In this document: positions 39,481 to 47,968 of the stretch, one piece after another
Position numbering within the stretch: position 1 is the stretch's first letter
Layout of the letters: each line of letters begins with the position of its first letter
Source: a virus
Lineage: Duplodnaviria; Caudoviricetes
DNA: 60,437 nt
IMG/VR virus record: IMGVR_UViG_3300036831_000053
Location: 1-60,437 of that record
Reading direction: 5' to 3' (one strand)
Translations under genes and position numbers: made by a program
The notes under the pieces: generated by a model
The model's database searches: none
What the model was told of the DNA's origin: nothing
What the model saw: the letters and a program-made list of their open reading frames with translations, nothing else

Positions 39481-39509
39481 GCGGGGCGCCCACCCCGAGG
39501 GCGCCCCGC
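39481..39509 (+). terminator. GC-rich hairpin just upstream of the tRNA
   Basis: GCGGGGCGCCC-N7-GGGCGCCCCGC. Confidence 0.55.
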
Positions 39510-39514
39510 CTTCC

Positions 39515-39586
39515 GCCTCCGTAGCTCAGTGGCAGAGCGGCCGGTTTCTACCCGGCAACGCGTCGGTTCGAGTCCGACCGGGGGCA
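39515..39586 (+). tRNA. tRNA-Arg (anticodon UCU), CCA not encoded
   Basis: Cloverleaf: GCCTCCG/CGGGGGC acceptor, GCTC/GAGC D stem, GCCGG-TTTCTAC-CCGGC anticodon arm, GTCGG-TTCGAGT-CCGAC T arm. Confidence 0.92.
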
Positions 39587-39620
39587 CGCGGAACACCCGC
39601 AGAACAGGAAGGGGCATGGC

Positions 39621-40758
39621 ATGGAGACCGAGGAGCCGGAGACCAAGCGGTACATCACCGCCGAGCAGCTGCGGTACCTGCCCTTCGATGTGGCCTACGC
39701 GCCCGCTGGTGGCCTCGTCGAGGTGTACCTGAACTACTGGTGGGCGGTGAACCCGACAAAGGGGCTCGTCTTCTTCCAGCGCAACACTCGGGCCGATGCG
39801 GTCGCGCAGTGCAACCGGTCGGAGGCCATCGCCAAGAAGGTCGCCGAGGTCTATGACCCGAGCTTGGGCATCGTCGTGACGCACGTGGAGCGGGCCTACG
39901 TCCCCAAGTCGATGGTCTACAGCCGCCTCAACGGCACCGAGCTGGCCACCGACCTGCGCGGCAAGGCCGTGCGGTGAACAAGCGCGAGTTGAAGCAGTGG
40001 GTCAAGGCCGAGCAGCCGTTCTTGGTGGACAACGTGCGGGGGATCAAGTACCCGACGTGGGACCAGATCGGCACGGGCAAGCTCAGCCGCAACATGGGCG
40101 CCCAGTTGACCGACGAGGCGCCGCACGTCCGGTACATCGTCTACGTAGGCGTGACCCCGGTGGCCTGGATGCTCCAGGACGACAGCCCGTGCGTGGTCAA
40201 CGAGGAGTTCGACCACGACATCCAGGCGTGGATCAAATCCGCGTGGGGCTGCAACGTCTACGAGGAGGTGCCGGACCGGTGGTGAAGAGGCGGCGCAAGC
40301 GTGGCCTACTGGCCCGACTCGTCCTCGCGTTCGTGGCCACGGCCGGGAAGCACGGCAAGAAGCAGGCCACACGGGCCGGTGGCGGCCTGAAGACCGCGCT
40401 GGGCCCAAAGGTGCTGCGGAAGGCGTCGGAGGAGTACGGCGGCAAGCGCAAGGCCAACGCCCCGATCCCCGTGGTCGTGTGCCCGGTCCAGCCCGAGGCG
40501 GCAGCCGACCGGTGGGAGATCTCGGCCATGGTCGGCGGCTACCACGTGCCGTTCGTGATGGTGGCCGACTACGACATCAGCGAGCTGGACGACGAACGCG
40601 TGGTCACGATGGCCGTCCTGGCGGCTTGTCACATCACTCACGACCAGCGGCCGATCGAGCACTGCTGGGAGGTGACCCAGCTGGTCGCGACGGGGGATGC
40701 GGCGCTGACCTGGTTCGGGAGCGCTGGCCACTTCCCGACGCACGTGATCAAGCAATGA
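39621..40758 (+). CDS. Three hypothetical proteins (39621-39977, 39974-40285, 40282-40758)
   Basis: GTGA-coupled ORFs. Confidence 0.55.
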
Positions 40759-40923
40759 TGATCATGTCGTAACCTCTGCGGCATGAATCGGTGGGGGACG
40801 ATCGACCGGCTCATTCGCGTGCGGCGCGCGGTGAGTCGGTCGATTCCGTATGTGGTGCTCGGCGGTGCGTCGGCGGCGGTACTGGTCATGGTGGGCTGGG
40901 CCTATTTCGCCAGATGAGGGACC

Positions 40924-40953
40924 CTGTACCCCGCCACGCAGACGGGGTACATT
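40924..40953 (+). promoter_or_regulatory. Palindromic promoter copy 5
   Basis: CTGTACCCCG-N9-CGGGGTACATT ahead of ORF 40986-41369. Confidence 0.82.
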
Positions 40954-40985
40954 GGACAAGCAGAGCTGACAACGAGAGGCAAGAG

Positions 40986-41369
40986 ATGGCAACGGTAAGC
41001 AAGATGGAGCCCGAGGCCGAAGCGCAGATGTGGATGGCCTCCTGGGGGTTCACCGGCGCGTCCGGCGCGACCAACGGGGCTGTGTCCGGGCTCGTCGAGT
41101 TCGTGAACCTGGCGAACGCCCGGCAGTCCCTGGTGTCCTTCGCCGAGGACGCGGTGGAGAAGGACTCGCGAGAGCGTCAGTCGATGATCAGCACGCTGGG
41201 CAGGGAAGAGGGCGAGAGCCTGCCGGACATGGCCCACGAGTGGGACCAGAAGCGACACCTGGTGGGCTCGTTCCGGGAGTGGAACCGCGAGTTCTCGCTG
41301 ACCCTGGAGAGCTGCACCGGCCATCACCTGGAGTTCCGCATCGAGTGGGATGGCGCTGCGGACGAGTGA
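40986..41369 (+). CDS. Hypothetical protein
   Basis: GAGG RBS; single-gene cassette between two palindromes. Confidence 0.6.
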   Translation: MATVSKMEPEAEAQMWMASWGFTGASGATNGAVSGLVEFVNLANARQSLVSFAEDAVEKDSRERQSMISTLGREEGESLPDMAHEWDQKRHLVGSFREWNREFSLTLESCTGHHLEFRIEWDGAADE

Positions 41370-41391
41370 GCCAGATCGCAGCCGATTCGAT

Positions 41392-41421
41392 ATGTACCCC
41401 GCACGAGTTGCGGGGTACAGT
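41392..41421 (+). promoter_or_regulatory. Palindromic promoter copy 6
   Basis: ATGTACCCCGCA-N5-TGCGGGGTACAGT. Confidence 0.82.
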
Positions 41422-41459
41422 CGTCTTATCAGGTTGAACAACCGAACAAGGAGTCATAG

Positions 41460-41798
41460 ATGACCAGCACCGAACCCGGCGTCGCCTCCGTGGCCACTCA
41501 GCGCGTCCGCCGTGTCCTCGCTGACCTGTTCGACGAGATGCCCGAGGTCTGGACCAACAGCACCGTGACCGTGACCCGAGTCCTGTTCAGCATGAACATC
41601 GTGGACTCACGCCTGCGGAACGGCGTCACCCGCGAAGACGTGCCGCAGGCGCTGAGCAAGGTCTTTCTCTCGGCCCGCGTCACCTGGGACCAGGAGCTGA
41701 TCAGCATCACCTGGACCCCCGAGGCCGACGAGGACCGTCCACTGCCCCGCGAGTACGACACCCCCGAGGACTACCCCGGCCCCGACTTCGACATCTGA
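41460..41798 (+). CDS. Hypothetical protein
   Basis: AAGGAG RBS. Confidence 0.6.
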   Translation: MTSTEPGVASVATQRVRRVLADLFDEMPEVWTNSTVTVTRVLFSMNIVDSRLRNGVTREDVPQALSKVFLSARVTWDQELISITWTPEADEDRPLPREYDTPEDYPGPDFDI

Positions 41799-41852
41799 GC
41801 CGAAACGCCCTGCGGGGCGTCGCGGGAATCGAGACCCGCCTGATGATGGCTC
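41797..41852 (+). ncRNA. Hammerhead ribozyme, type II
   Basis: GAGCC-GAAA-CGCCC-TGCG-GGGCG-TC-GCGGG-N8-CCCGC-CTGATGA-T-GGCTC: complete core, three stems, GUC cleavage triplet. Confidence 0.88.
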
Positions 41853-41873
41853 CCATGGACAGGAGAACGGACG

Positions 41874-41978
41874 ATGGCCAAGGAAAGCAAGCCGGTCAAG
41901 GAGACCGAGAAGCGGATCAACGAGGCGAACAAGTCCGGCAAGTCGGCGGACGAGAAGCTGCGCGACCTGATCAAGTAA
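41874..41978 (+). CDS. 34-aa charged peptide (MAKESKPVKETEKRINEANKSGKSADEKLRDLIK)
   Basis: AGGAG RBS just downstream of the ribozyme; genome-typical codons. Confidence 0.6.
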   Translation: MAKESKPVKETEKRINEANKSGKSADEKLRDLIK

Positions 41979-42042
41979 CGGGGAACCGACGACCCGGCCG
42001 GGCTCACGACAGCCCGGCCGGGCAACCCAAGGAGAACACACG

Positions 42043-42330
42043 ATGCACACGATCCACATCCACCGGGAAGACGAGGGGCAGTGCTACGAGTTGAGCGTGG
42101 ACGGCCAGTTCGTCACGGCTAGCGACAACGAGAAGCTGATCGGCGCGGCCGTCCTGGAGCAGCTGGCGAAGCTCGGCGAGGTCTGCCTGATCGGCATCAC
42201 CGACCTGGCGCCGGAGAAGCGGGCCGTCCGGCAGGCCGAGAAGCTGGCCAAGGTGCGCCTGTCCGTGACGACCGAGGCCCAGGCGCGCGTGCAGGACGCA
42301 CGTCGGCAGCCGGAGCCGTGGCGAGCATGA
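42043..42330 (+). CDS. Hypothetical protein
   Basis: AAGGAG RBS. Confidence 0.6.
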   Translation: MHTIHIHREDEGQCYELSVDGQFVTASDNEKLIGAAVLEQLAKLGEVCLIGITDLAPEKRAVRQAEKLAKVRLSVTTEAQARVQDARRQPEPWRA

Positions 42331-42782
42331 GCCGCCCACTGTTCCGCCCGGCCGAGGCGGAGACCCTGACGGAGTTGTTGGGGCACATCGCGACGCATCC
42401 TGTTATCGAGTGGTGCGTCATCACCGCGTCCCGCACCTACGCCCGCGCCGGCACGATGCGGGCCATCCTGGAGTGCCTGCCGTCCTCGACGCGCCTGCGG
42501 CACGGTGCGGCGCGCGGCGGCGACCGACTGGCCGGACAGATCTGGGTCTGGCTCGGCCGGGAGCTGACCGAGTATCCGGTGACGGCGGAGCAGTGGCGCC
42601 TGACCCGCCGCGCTGGCCACCTCCGCAATCAGCTGATGCTGGAGGGGCGCGCGGGCGAGCCACGCGCCGACATCTGCCTGGAGTTCAACCGCGACCACAG
42701 TGCCGGCGCTGCCGACTGCGCGGCACGGGCGCGGCTGCTCGACATCCCCACCTTCACCTTCCCGTACACGACAGGGGCCTGA
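42327..42782 (+). CDS. SLOG-family (DUF2493/YspA-like) protein
   Basis: IT.SR, HGAARGGD.LA, AGH.RNQ.ML and S.G.ADC..RAR...IP motifs. Confidence 0.78.
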   Translation: MSRPLFRPAEAETLTELLGHIATHPVIEWCVITASRTYARAGTMRAILECLPSSTRLRHGAARGGDRLAGQIWVWLGRELTEYPVTAEQWRLTRRAGHLRNQLMLEGRAGEPRADICLEFNRDHSAGAADCAARARLLDIPTFTFPYTTGA

Positions 42783-42785
42783 CTC

Positions 42786-43949
42786 ATGGGCTGGATTAAT
42801 GGCGGTCGGCCACAGGGCCGGGCGCACAAGTGCTCACCACCACCGATCCTGCGGTTGGGCCGCTTCGGTGCCGACGTGGGATCGCAGTGGTCCTGCGACG
42901 ACTGCACCTGCGTGTGGGAGGTGTGGAAGACCGTCGGTGGTCAGTTCAGCTGGCGCAAGCTCGTCGACGAGGCCGACCGCGAGGAGACTGGCTCGCTGCA
43001 CCTCGGCAAGCCGCAGCCCGGCCCGACCGTGACCGAGGACGGCGCCCGGCTGATCCCGCACGCGCGGGAGTCGTTCGTGGCAGCCCTCGCCGACACCTTC
43101 CACGCGGGTGACATGAACGAAGACCAACGCGTCTGGTTGGTCGGCCAGCTCCTGGGCAAGTTGGAGGGCTGGGCGTACATCGCCTTCCCCGCGTCCGTTC
43201 CCGGCGCTACCGTGGACGGCGGTACTGATTGACCCCCGACCGGTACCGACCCCTGATGTGCCCCGGAAGTGTCCCGACACGACCGGGGCACATTTATGCG
43301 ACCATAGGGTTATGAAAACCGAGGTCGAGCCCAGCCTGGTGTACTTCACCTGGTTCCCGGCAACGGTGCTGTTCCCCCGCGAGGAGGGGCAGCGCGTGCA
43401 GCGAATGGCGCACACCGCGCGGGTCTACGCCACCGACGCGGGCCTGTACGTCTACTCCAGCGCCAACGGGCGCATCCAGTTGGACTTCAACTCGCCCATC
43501 GACTACAGCCAGACCGTGAAGCCGGTCAACGGGCTGCCCGGCTACGCGCACGACGTGCACACCGAGGCCGGCTTGGTCGTGGTTACCAAGACCGGCGGCT
43601 GCGGCTGCGGCAACCCGGCCAAGGGCTACCGGCCTTCCTACGCCCACCAGGTGGCGGCATGGCCAACCGTGTAGCCAAGACGTACCAACCGGCGGATCTC
43701 GGCCGGGCAACCCTGCGGAGCGACGGCCGACAGCTGGGGATCGTCTGCCCGGATTGCTCGGACTTCCTGCCGATGGGCTTAGAGCTGCACCTGGTCCAGG
43801 ACACGGCAATGGATCATGGATTCGTCACCGCGCGCCTCAAGGTCGAGAACATGGACGAGATCACCGACCAGTTCCGTCGGCACGTCGTCGCAGACCCGGG
43901 CGCCCACCCGTCATTCGCCACTCCCGTTACCGAGGGCTCGATAGGCTGA
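42786..43949 (+). CDS. Three hypothetical proteins (42786-43232, 43312-43674, 43659-43949)
   Basis: ORFs with Cys motifs; long-spacer palindrome variant at 43256-43293 precedes the second. Confidence 0.55.
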
Positions 43950-43986
43950 GCCTGCATCTCGCAACCGCAACCAGACGGAGGCTCCC

Positions 43987-44328
43987 GTGGCCGCAAGTCC
44001 CATCGCAGCGCAGGCGTTCGGCATGGAGCCGCTCGGTGCGCTGAACTTCTCCGACCTGGGCGCCGGCACCGCCGCCGACGCCACCAACGGCAACAGCACC
44101 CCGAACAATGGCGCGACCATCCTCGTCTGCCTCGGCACGGCGGCCGACACCGTGGTGGTGACCCGGCCCGAGGAAGGCAGCTCGAACGCGGCCAGCCAGG
44201 CGATCGTGGCCAACCACCTCTCGTTCATGGGTCCGTTCGAGACCGACATCTACGGCCCGACCCTCAACTACAAGGCCGGCGCCACGACCACCAAGGTGTG
44301 GCCGGTGCAGCTGGCCGAGCTGGACTGA
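43987..44328 (+). CDS. Small, probably virion-associated protein
   Basis: GGAGG RBS; AADATNGNS.PN.G and GPF....YG motifs seen in actinophage head-region proteins. Confidence 0.55.
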   Translation: MAASPIAAQAFGMEPLGALNFSDLGAGTAADATNGNSTPNNGATILVCLGTAADTVVVTRPEEGSSNAASQAIVANHLSFMGPFETDIYGPTLNYKAGATTTKVWPVQLAELD

Positions 44329-44331
44329 CCC

Positions 44332-44592
44332 GTGGTCGACAACCAGCACAAGCAGATCACCGGCTACCGCGACCTGCCGCAGCACGACCTCGACCTGGTC
44401 AATGAAATCAAGGCGGTCGAAGTGGAGCTGGCTCGGCTGTGGCAGAAGGTCCAGAGCCGCCAGTTCATGGTCGCCGAGGAGCCACAGGTGGACCGCCGCT
44501 GGCTGGCTGTCGCCCGGACTCACTTCCAGGAGGGCTTCAGCGCCCTGGTGCGCTCGGTGACCCGGCCGACCGACCCGTTCGATCCGCAGTGA
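44332..44592 (+). CDS. acb2: Acb2-like anti-CBASS cyclic-nucleotide sponge
   Basis: DNQHKQITGYRDL.....L.N.IK and RWLAVARTHFQEGF.ALVRSV..P match the Acb2 family signature. Confidence 0.85.
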   Translation: MVDNQHKQITGYRDLPQHDLDLVNEIKAVEVELARLWQKVQSRQFMVAEEPQVDRRWLAVARTHFQEGFSALVRSVTRPTDPFDPQ

Positions 44593-44934
44593 GCAACCAC
44601 GCAGGAAGCGACCCGGCTCGGGAGACTGAGCCGGGTCGCACGCTTCCGGCCAACCTCGTTCGGGCGATGGCCGAGCAGCACCGGCCGCGCAGGCGCCGAG
44701 ACACCATGGCTGCCGTCGAGCAGTACGTGATGTGGTGCAAGGCGTGCGACGGTCACAACCGCCGGGTCTGGCGGCCAGGAGACGAGCCGGTCGAGTGCAC
44801 GTTCGTCGAGGCGCTGCGGACGGTCGGGATCGACGTGAGCGATCCACTGGAACTGGATGAGTGATGGGCGAATGGTTCGATCAGCATCTCGAATGGGTCT
44901 GGCTCGCCACGATCGTGATCTTCCTGGTCCTCAT

Positions 44935-45276
44935 GTGGATCGTCGCCGGTCCAACGCCACGCTGGCCGTAGTCGACGCCCTGGCCGTAGCCCGCGTCGTC
45001 CGCTTCCTCCAGCAGGACACCTTGATCGACAAGCAGCGGCATCAGCTCCAGGACTGGCTGGCCCGCCACGGCCACTACAAGGCGATGGAGCTGCTGGACT
45101 GCCCGTGGTGCCTGAGCGTGCACGTGGCCGCCGCCTGGACCGCACTGCGGATCATCGCCCCACGACTCGCCACGCCGATCGGTACCGCGCTGGCAAGCTC
45201 GTACGCAGCATCGGCACTCATCGAGATCAACGCGGCAATACAGGCAAAGCAGGCAGGCGAACCAGGAGGCGACTAA
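44935..45276 (+). CDS. DUF1360-like membrane protein (start uncertain)
   Basis: AR..RF...D and ELL.CPWCLSV.VA motifs; directly upstream of portal. Confidence 0.7.
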   Translation: MDRRRSNATLAVVDALAVARVVRFLQQDTLIDKQRHQLQDWLARHGHYKAMELLDCPWCLSVHVAAAWTALRIIAPRLATPIGTALASSYAASALIEINAAIQAKQAGEPGGD

Positions 45277-45277
45277 C

Positions 45278-47968
45278 GTGGGCTGGTTCGCCGCACGCAC
45301 CGGCAACACTGACCGCGACGGCAAACGCACCAACCAGCCCAGCGCCTCCATGACCGCCGCAGGCAGCCGCATCAACCTGCAAGACCGCAACGCCGTCAAC
45401 ACCATCGCCGCCACCAAAATGGGCTGGCAACACCAAGCCTGGAACTACCGCGACCTCATCGGCGAACTGGCCAGCGCCCTGCGCTTCCGAGCCAACGCCA
45501 TCGCCAAAGTCGCCCTCATTATCGGCCAAGTCAACGAAGACGCCGACACCCCCATCCCCGCCGACAGCCCCGAATCCACCCTCGACCCGATCGTGGCCCG
45601 CGCCGCCCAAGACGCCCTGTCGCGGCTGCCGTGGCGCAACGGTGGAGCGTTCGGCGGCCGGATAGACACCTGCTTCGGGACGACCGGCGAGGCATGGCTG
45701 CACGGCAAGACCGACCCGGCTACGGGCGAGGAGCGCTGGACGGTTCGGTCCACCGACGAGATCACCCCGGTGATGGGTGGCAGCAACCTGGGCATCGTCG
45801 AAGTGCCTGGTCGGCCGGCGATCCCGATCGACAAGAACAAAGAGGCCCTGCTGCGGCTGTGGAACCCTCACCCGCGTTTCGCGATGCTGGCTGACAGCCC
45901 GATCCGCTCCATGCTGCCGGTGTGTGAGGACATCGTGCTGATTGCCCGGGAGATCCAGGCGGCCAGCAAGTCCCGTATCGCGGCCAACGGCCTGCTGCTG
46001 GTCCCGCACTCGATGAGCATGATCCGGGCGACACCGGGCGGCCAGGAGGGTGATGCCGAGGTCGAGGACTTCGCGGCCGGCCTGGAGGCGGCGATGATGG
46101 CGCCGATCGCGAACGAGGGCGACGCGGGCGCGGTGGTGCCGATCGTGATCCGGGGCGACAGCGAGGACATCGGCGCGGTCAAGCACCTGTCGATGGTCCG
46201 TGAAACCAGCCCGATCTTGATCGAGAAGCTCGACAACGCCCTTAAGCGCATGGGCGAGACCCTCGACGTACCGCCCACGGTGGTGACCGGCCTCCAGGAC
46301 ACCAACCACTGGAACGCCTATGTGATCTCCGACGAGACGTGGACCAACCACATCGAGCCTGGTGAGCGGCTCATCGTCGACTCCCTGACCGAAGGCTTCC
46401 TGCGGCCGATCCTCCAGCTGCCGACCACGGCCGGTGGCTACGGCCTGACTCGCCAGCAGGCGCAGACCGTGCAGGTCTGGTACGACGCCAGTGGTGTCAC
46501 CAAGAACCCGAACCGCAGCCAGGACGCCCAAGCAGCGTTCGCTCTCGGTGCGATCGGCTTCAAGGCGCTCTTGCGGGACATGGGCTTCGACGAGTCGGAC
46601 GCGCCCACCGAGCAGGAGGCGATGCAGATGCTGGCGTTCAAGCAGACGCCGGATCCGGCCACCGCCGCTCAGCTCATCAACCTGGCGTTCCCCGGCGTCC
46701 ACCTGGTCGTGCAGGCGCCTGGTTCGACCGAGCAGCCGGCCGTGGGTGGCCCGGCCGTGGTGCAGAGCAGGCCAGCTCTACCTGCCGGACAGCAGCAGGG
46801 TCAGCCACCGAGCACGCGGCTACCGGCCGGGCAGGCCAGCGTGCCGGCACAGGGCAACACTGGCCAGCCCATCGCACCCACGGCAGTCCGAGGTGCGGCA
46901 GATCAGCAGCGAGTACTCGATTCAGTACGGCTGCTCAGCGCTCAGCCGCTCGTCGACCTGGACCGCCAGCTGCGGGACCGGCTGCTCGACGCGGCCGACA
47001 TGGCCATCACCAACGCCGTCGAGAAGGCCGCCAAGCGGATCGTCTCGGCCGCTCAGCACAAGGTTGCCGCCGACGTGCTGAGTCAGTTCCACGGTGCCGA
47101 GCTGGCCGCCTACATCGGGCCAGAGGGCGTCGCCGAGCTGGGTCTGACCGAGGAAGCGCTGCTGAGCGCGGCATTCGCCTACCTGTACGAGAAGTTCATG
47201 GCCTGGTCGCTGTCCACGATCGAGTCGGCAGTGAAGGTCGCGGTCAAGGTCTTCGGCCTGGAGCTGCACGCGGCCGCGTCGCTGCGCAGCAAGATGGCCG
47301 GACGCCGACAGAGGGCATGGCACGGGTTCGAGCACAGCGTGAAGCAGCGCGCCCTCGCGAAGCTGTACGGCAAGGGCGGTACCGCCGAGGACGACCACAT
47401 CGGCGAGAAGGTGGACAGCGTCGTCATGCCGGGTGATGTGCGGACTGCGCTGGCCGAGATCGGCGGCCAGTCCTCGGTGCACGGCCGGTCTCGGCAGCCG
47501 CTCGGCGGCATCGCGACGGGCCCGGACGTACTGTCCGAGGTCGACCGGCGGATGGACCGGGTGGGCTTCACGTGGGAGTACGGGATCACCGACGGCCGGC
47601 GCCACGCGCATTTCCTGCCGCACATGGAGCTGGACGGCCAGCGGTTCTCCGGCTGGGATGATGCCGCGCTCCAGACCAGCGACGCCTACTCGTGGGTGGG
47701 CGATCACTACAAGCCCGGCGACCACAAGGGCTGCATGTGCGACTACGTGTGGGTGTGGGCACTCGACGAGCACAGCGCCGAGATCCAGCGGCAGCTCAAC
47801 GAGCCGGAGTCGCCGAGCATGGCCGGCAACCGACTCATGGCCGACCTGGACAACGCGGCCGGGCGGACCGGCACCACGGCTCAGCGCAACGTGGCTCAGC
47901 GGGAGCGCGTGCTGGCGGCGCAACGGCGCTGGCTGGCCAATGCCAACAACGCAAGGAGTGGATCATGA
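45278..47968 (+). CDS. Portal protein fused to a MuF-like minor head domain
   Basis: WQ..AW.Y...IGEL, W.PHP....ADSP and G..DTNHWNA motifs; C-terminal H..LDG and PGDH.GC.C. Confidence 0.88.
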   Translation: MGWFAARTGNTDRDGKRTNQPSASMTAAGSRINLQDRNAVNTIAATKMGWQHQAWNYRDLIGELASALRFRANAIAKVALIIGQVNEDADTPIPADSPESTLDPIVARAAQDALSRLPWRNGGAFGGRIDTCFGTTGEAWLHGKTDPATGEERWTVRSTDEITPVMGGSNLGIVEVPGRPAIPIDKNKEALLRLWNPHPRFAMLADSPIRSMLPVCEDIVLIAREIQAASKSRIAANGLLLVPHSMSMIRATPGGQEGDAEVEDFAAGLEAAMMAPIANEGDAGAVVPIVIRGDSEDIGAVKHLSMVRETSPILIEKLDNALKRMGETLDVPPTVVTGLQDTNHWNAYVISDETWTNHIEPGERLIVDSLTEGFLRPILQLPTTAGGYGLTRQQAQTVQVWYDASGVTKNPNRSQDAQAAFALGAIGFKALLRDMGFDESDAPTEQEAMQMLAFKQTPDPATAAQLINLAFPGVHLVVQAPGSTEQPAVGGPAVVQSRPALPAGQQQGQPPSTRLPAGQASVPAQGNTGQPIAPTAVRGAADQQRVLDSVRLLSAQPLVDLDRQLRDRLLDAADMAITNAVEKAAKRIVSAAQHKVAADVLSQFHGAELAAYIGPEGVAELGLTEEALLSAAFAYLYEKFMAWSLSTIESAVKVAVKVFGLELHAAASLRSKMAGRRQRAWHGFEHSVKQRALAKLYGKGGTAEDDHIGEKVDSVVMPGDVRTALAEIGGQSSVHGRSRQPLGGIATGPDVLSEVDRRMDRVGFTWEYGITDGRRHAHFLPHMELDGQRFSGWDDAALQTSDAYSWVGDHYKPGDHKGCMCDYVWVWALDEHSAEIQRQLNEPESPSMAGNRLMADLDNAAGRTGTTAQRNVAQRERVLAAQRRWLANANNARSGS

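Noticed and set aside
39545-39551. Amber suppressor tRNA (CTA appears in the anticodon loop)
   Set aside because: The 5-bp stem sets a 7-nt loop with TCT at the anticodon positions; the acceptor stem also fits tRNA-Arg
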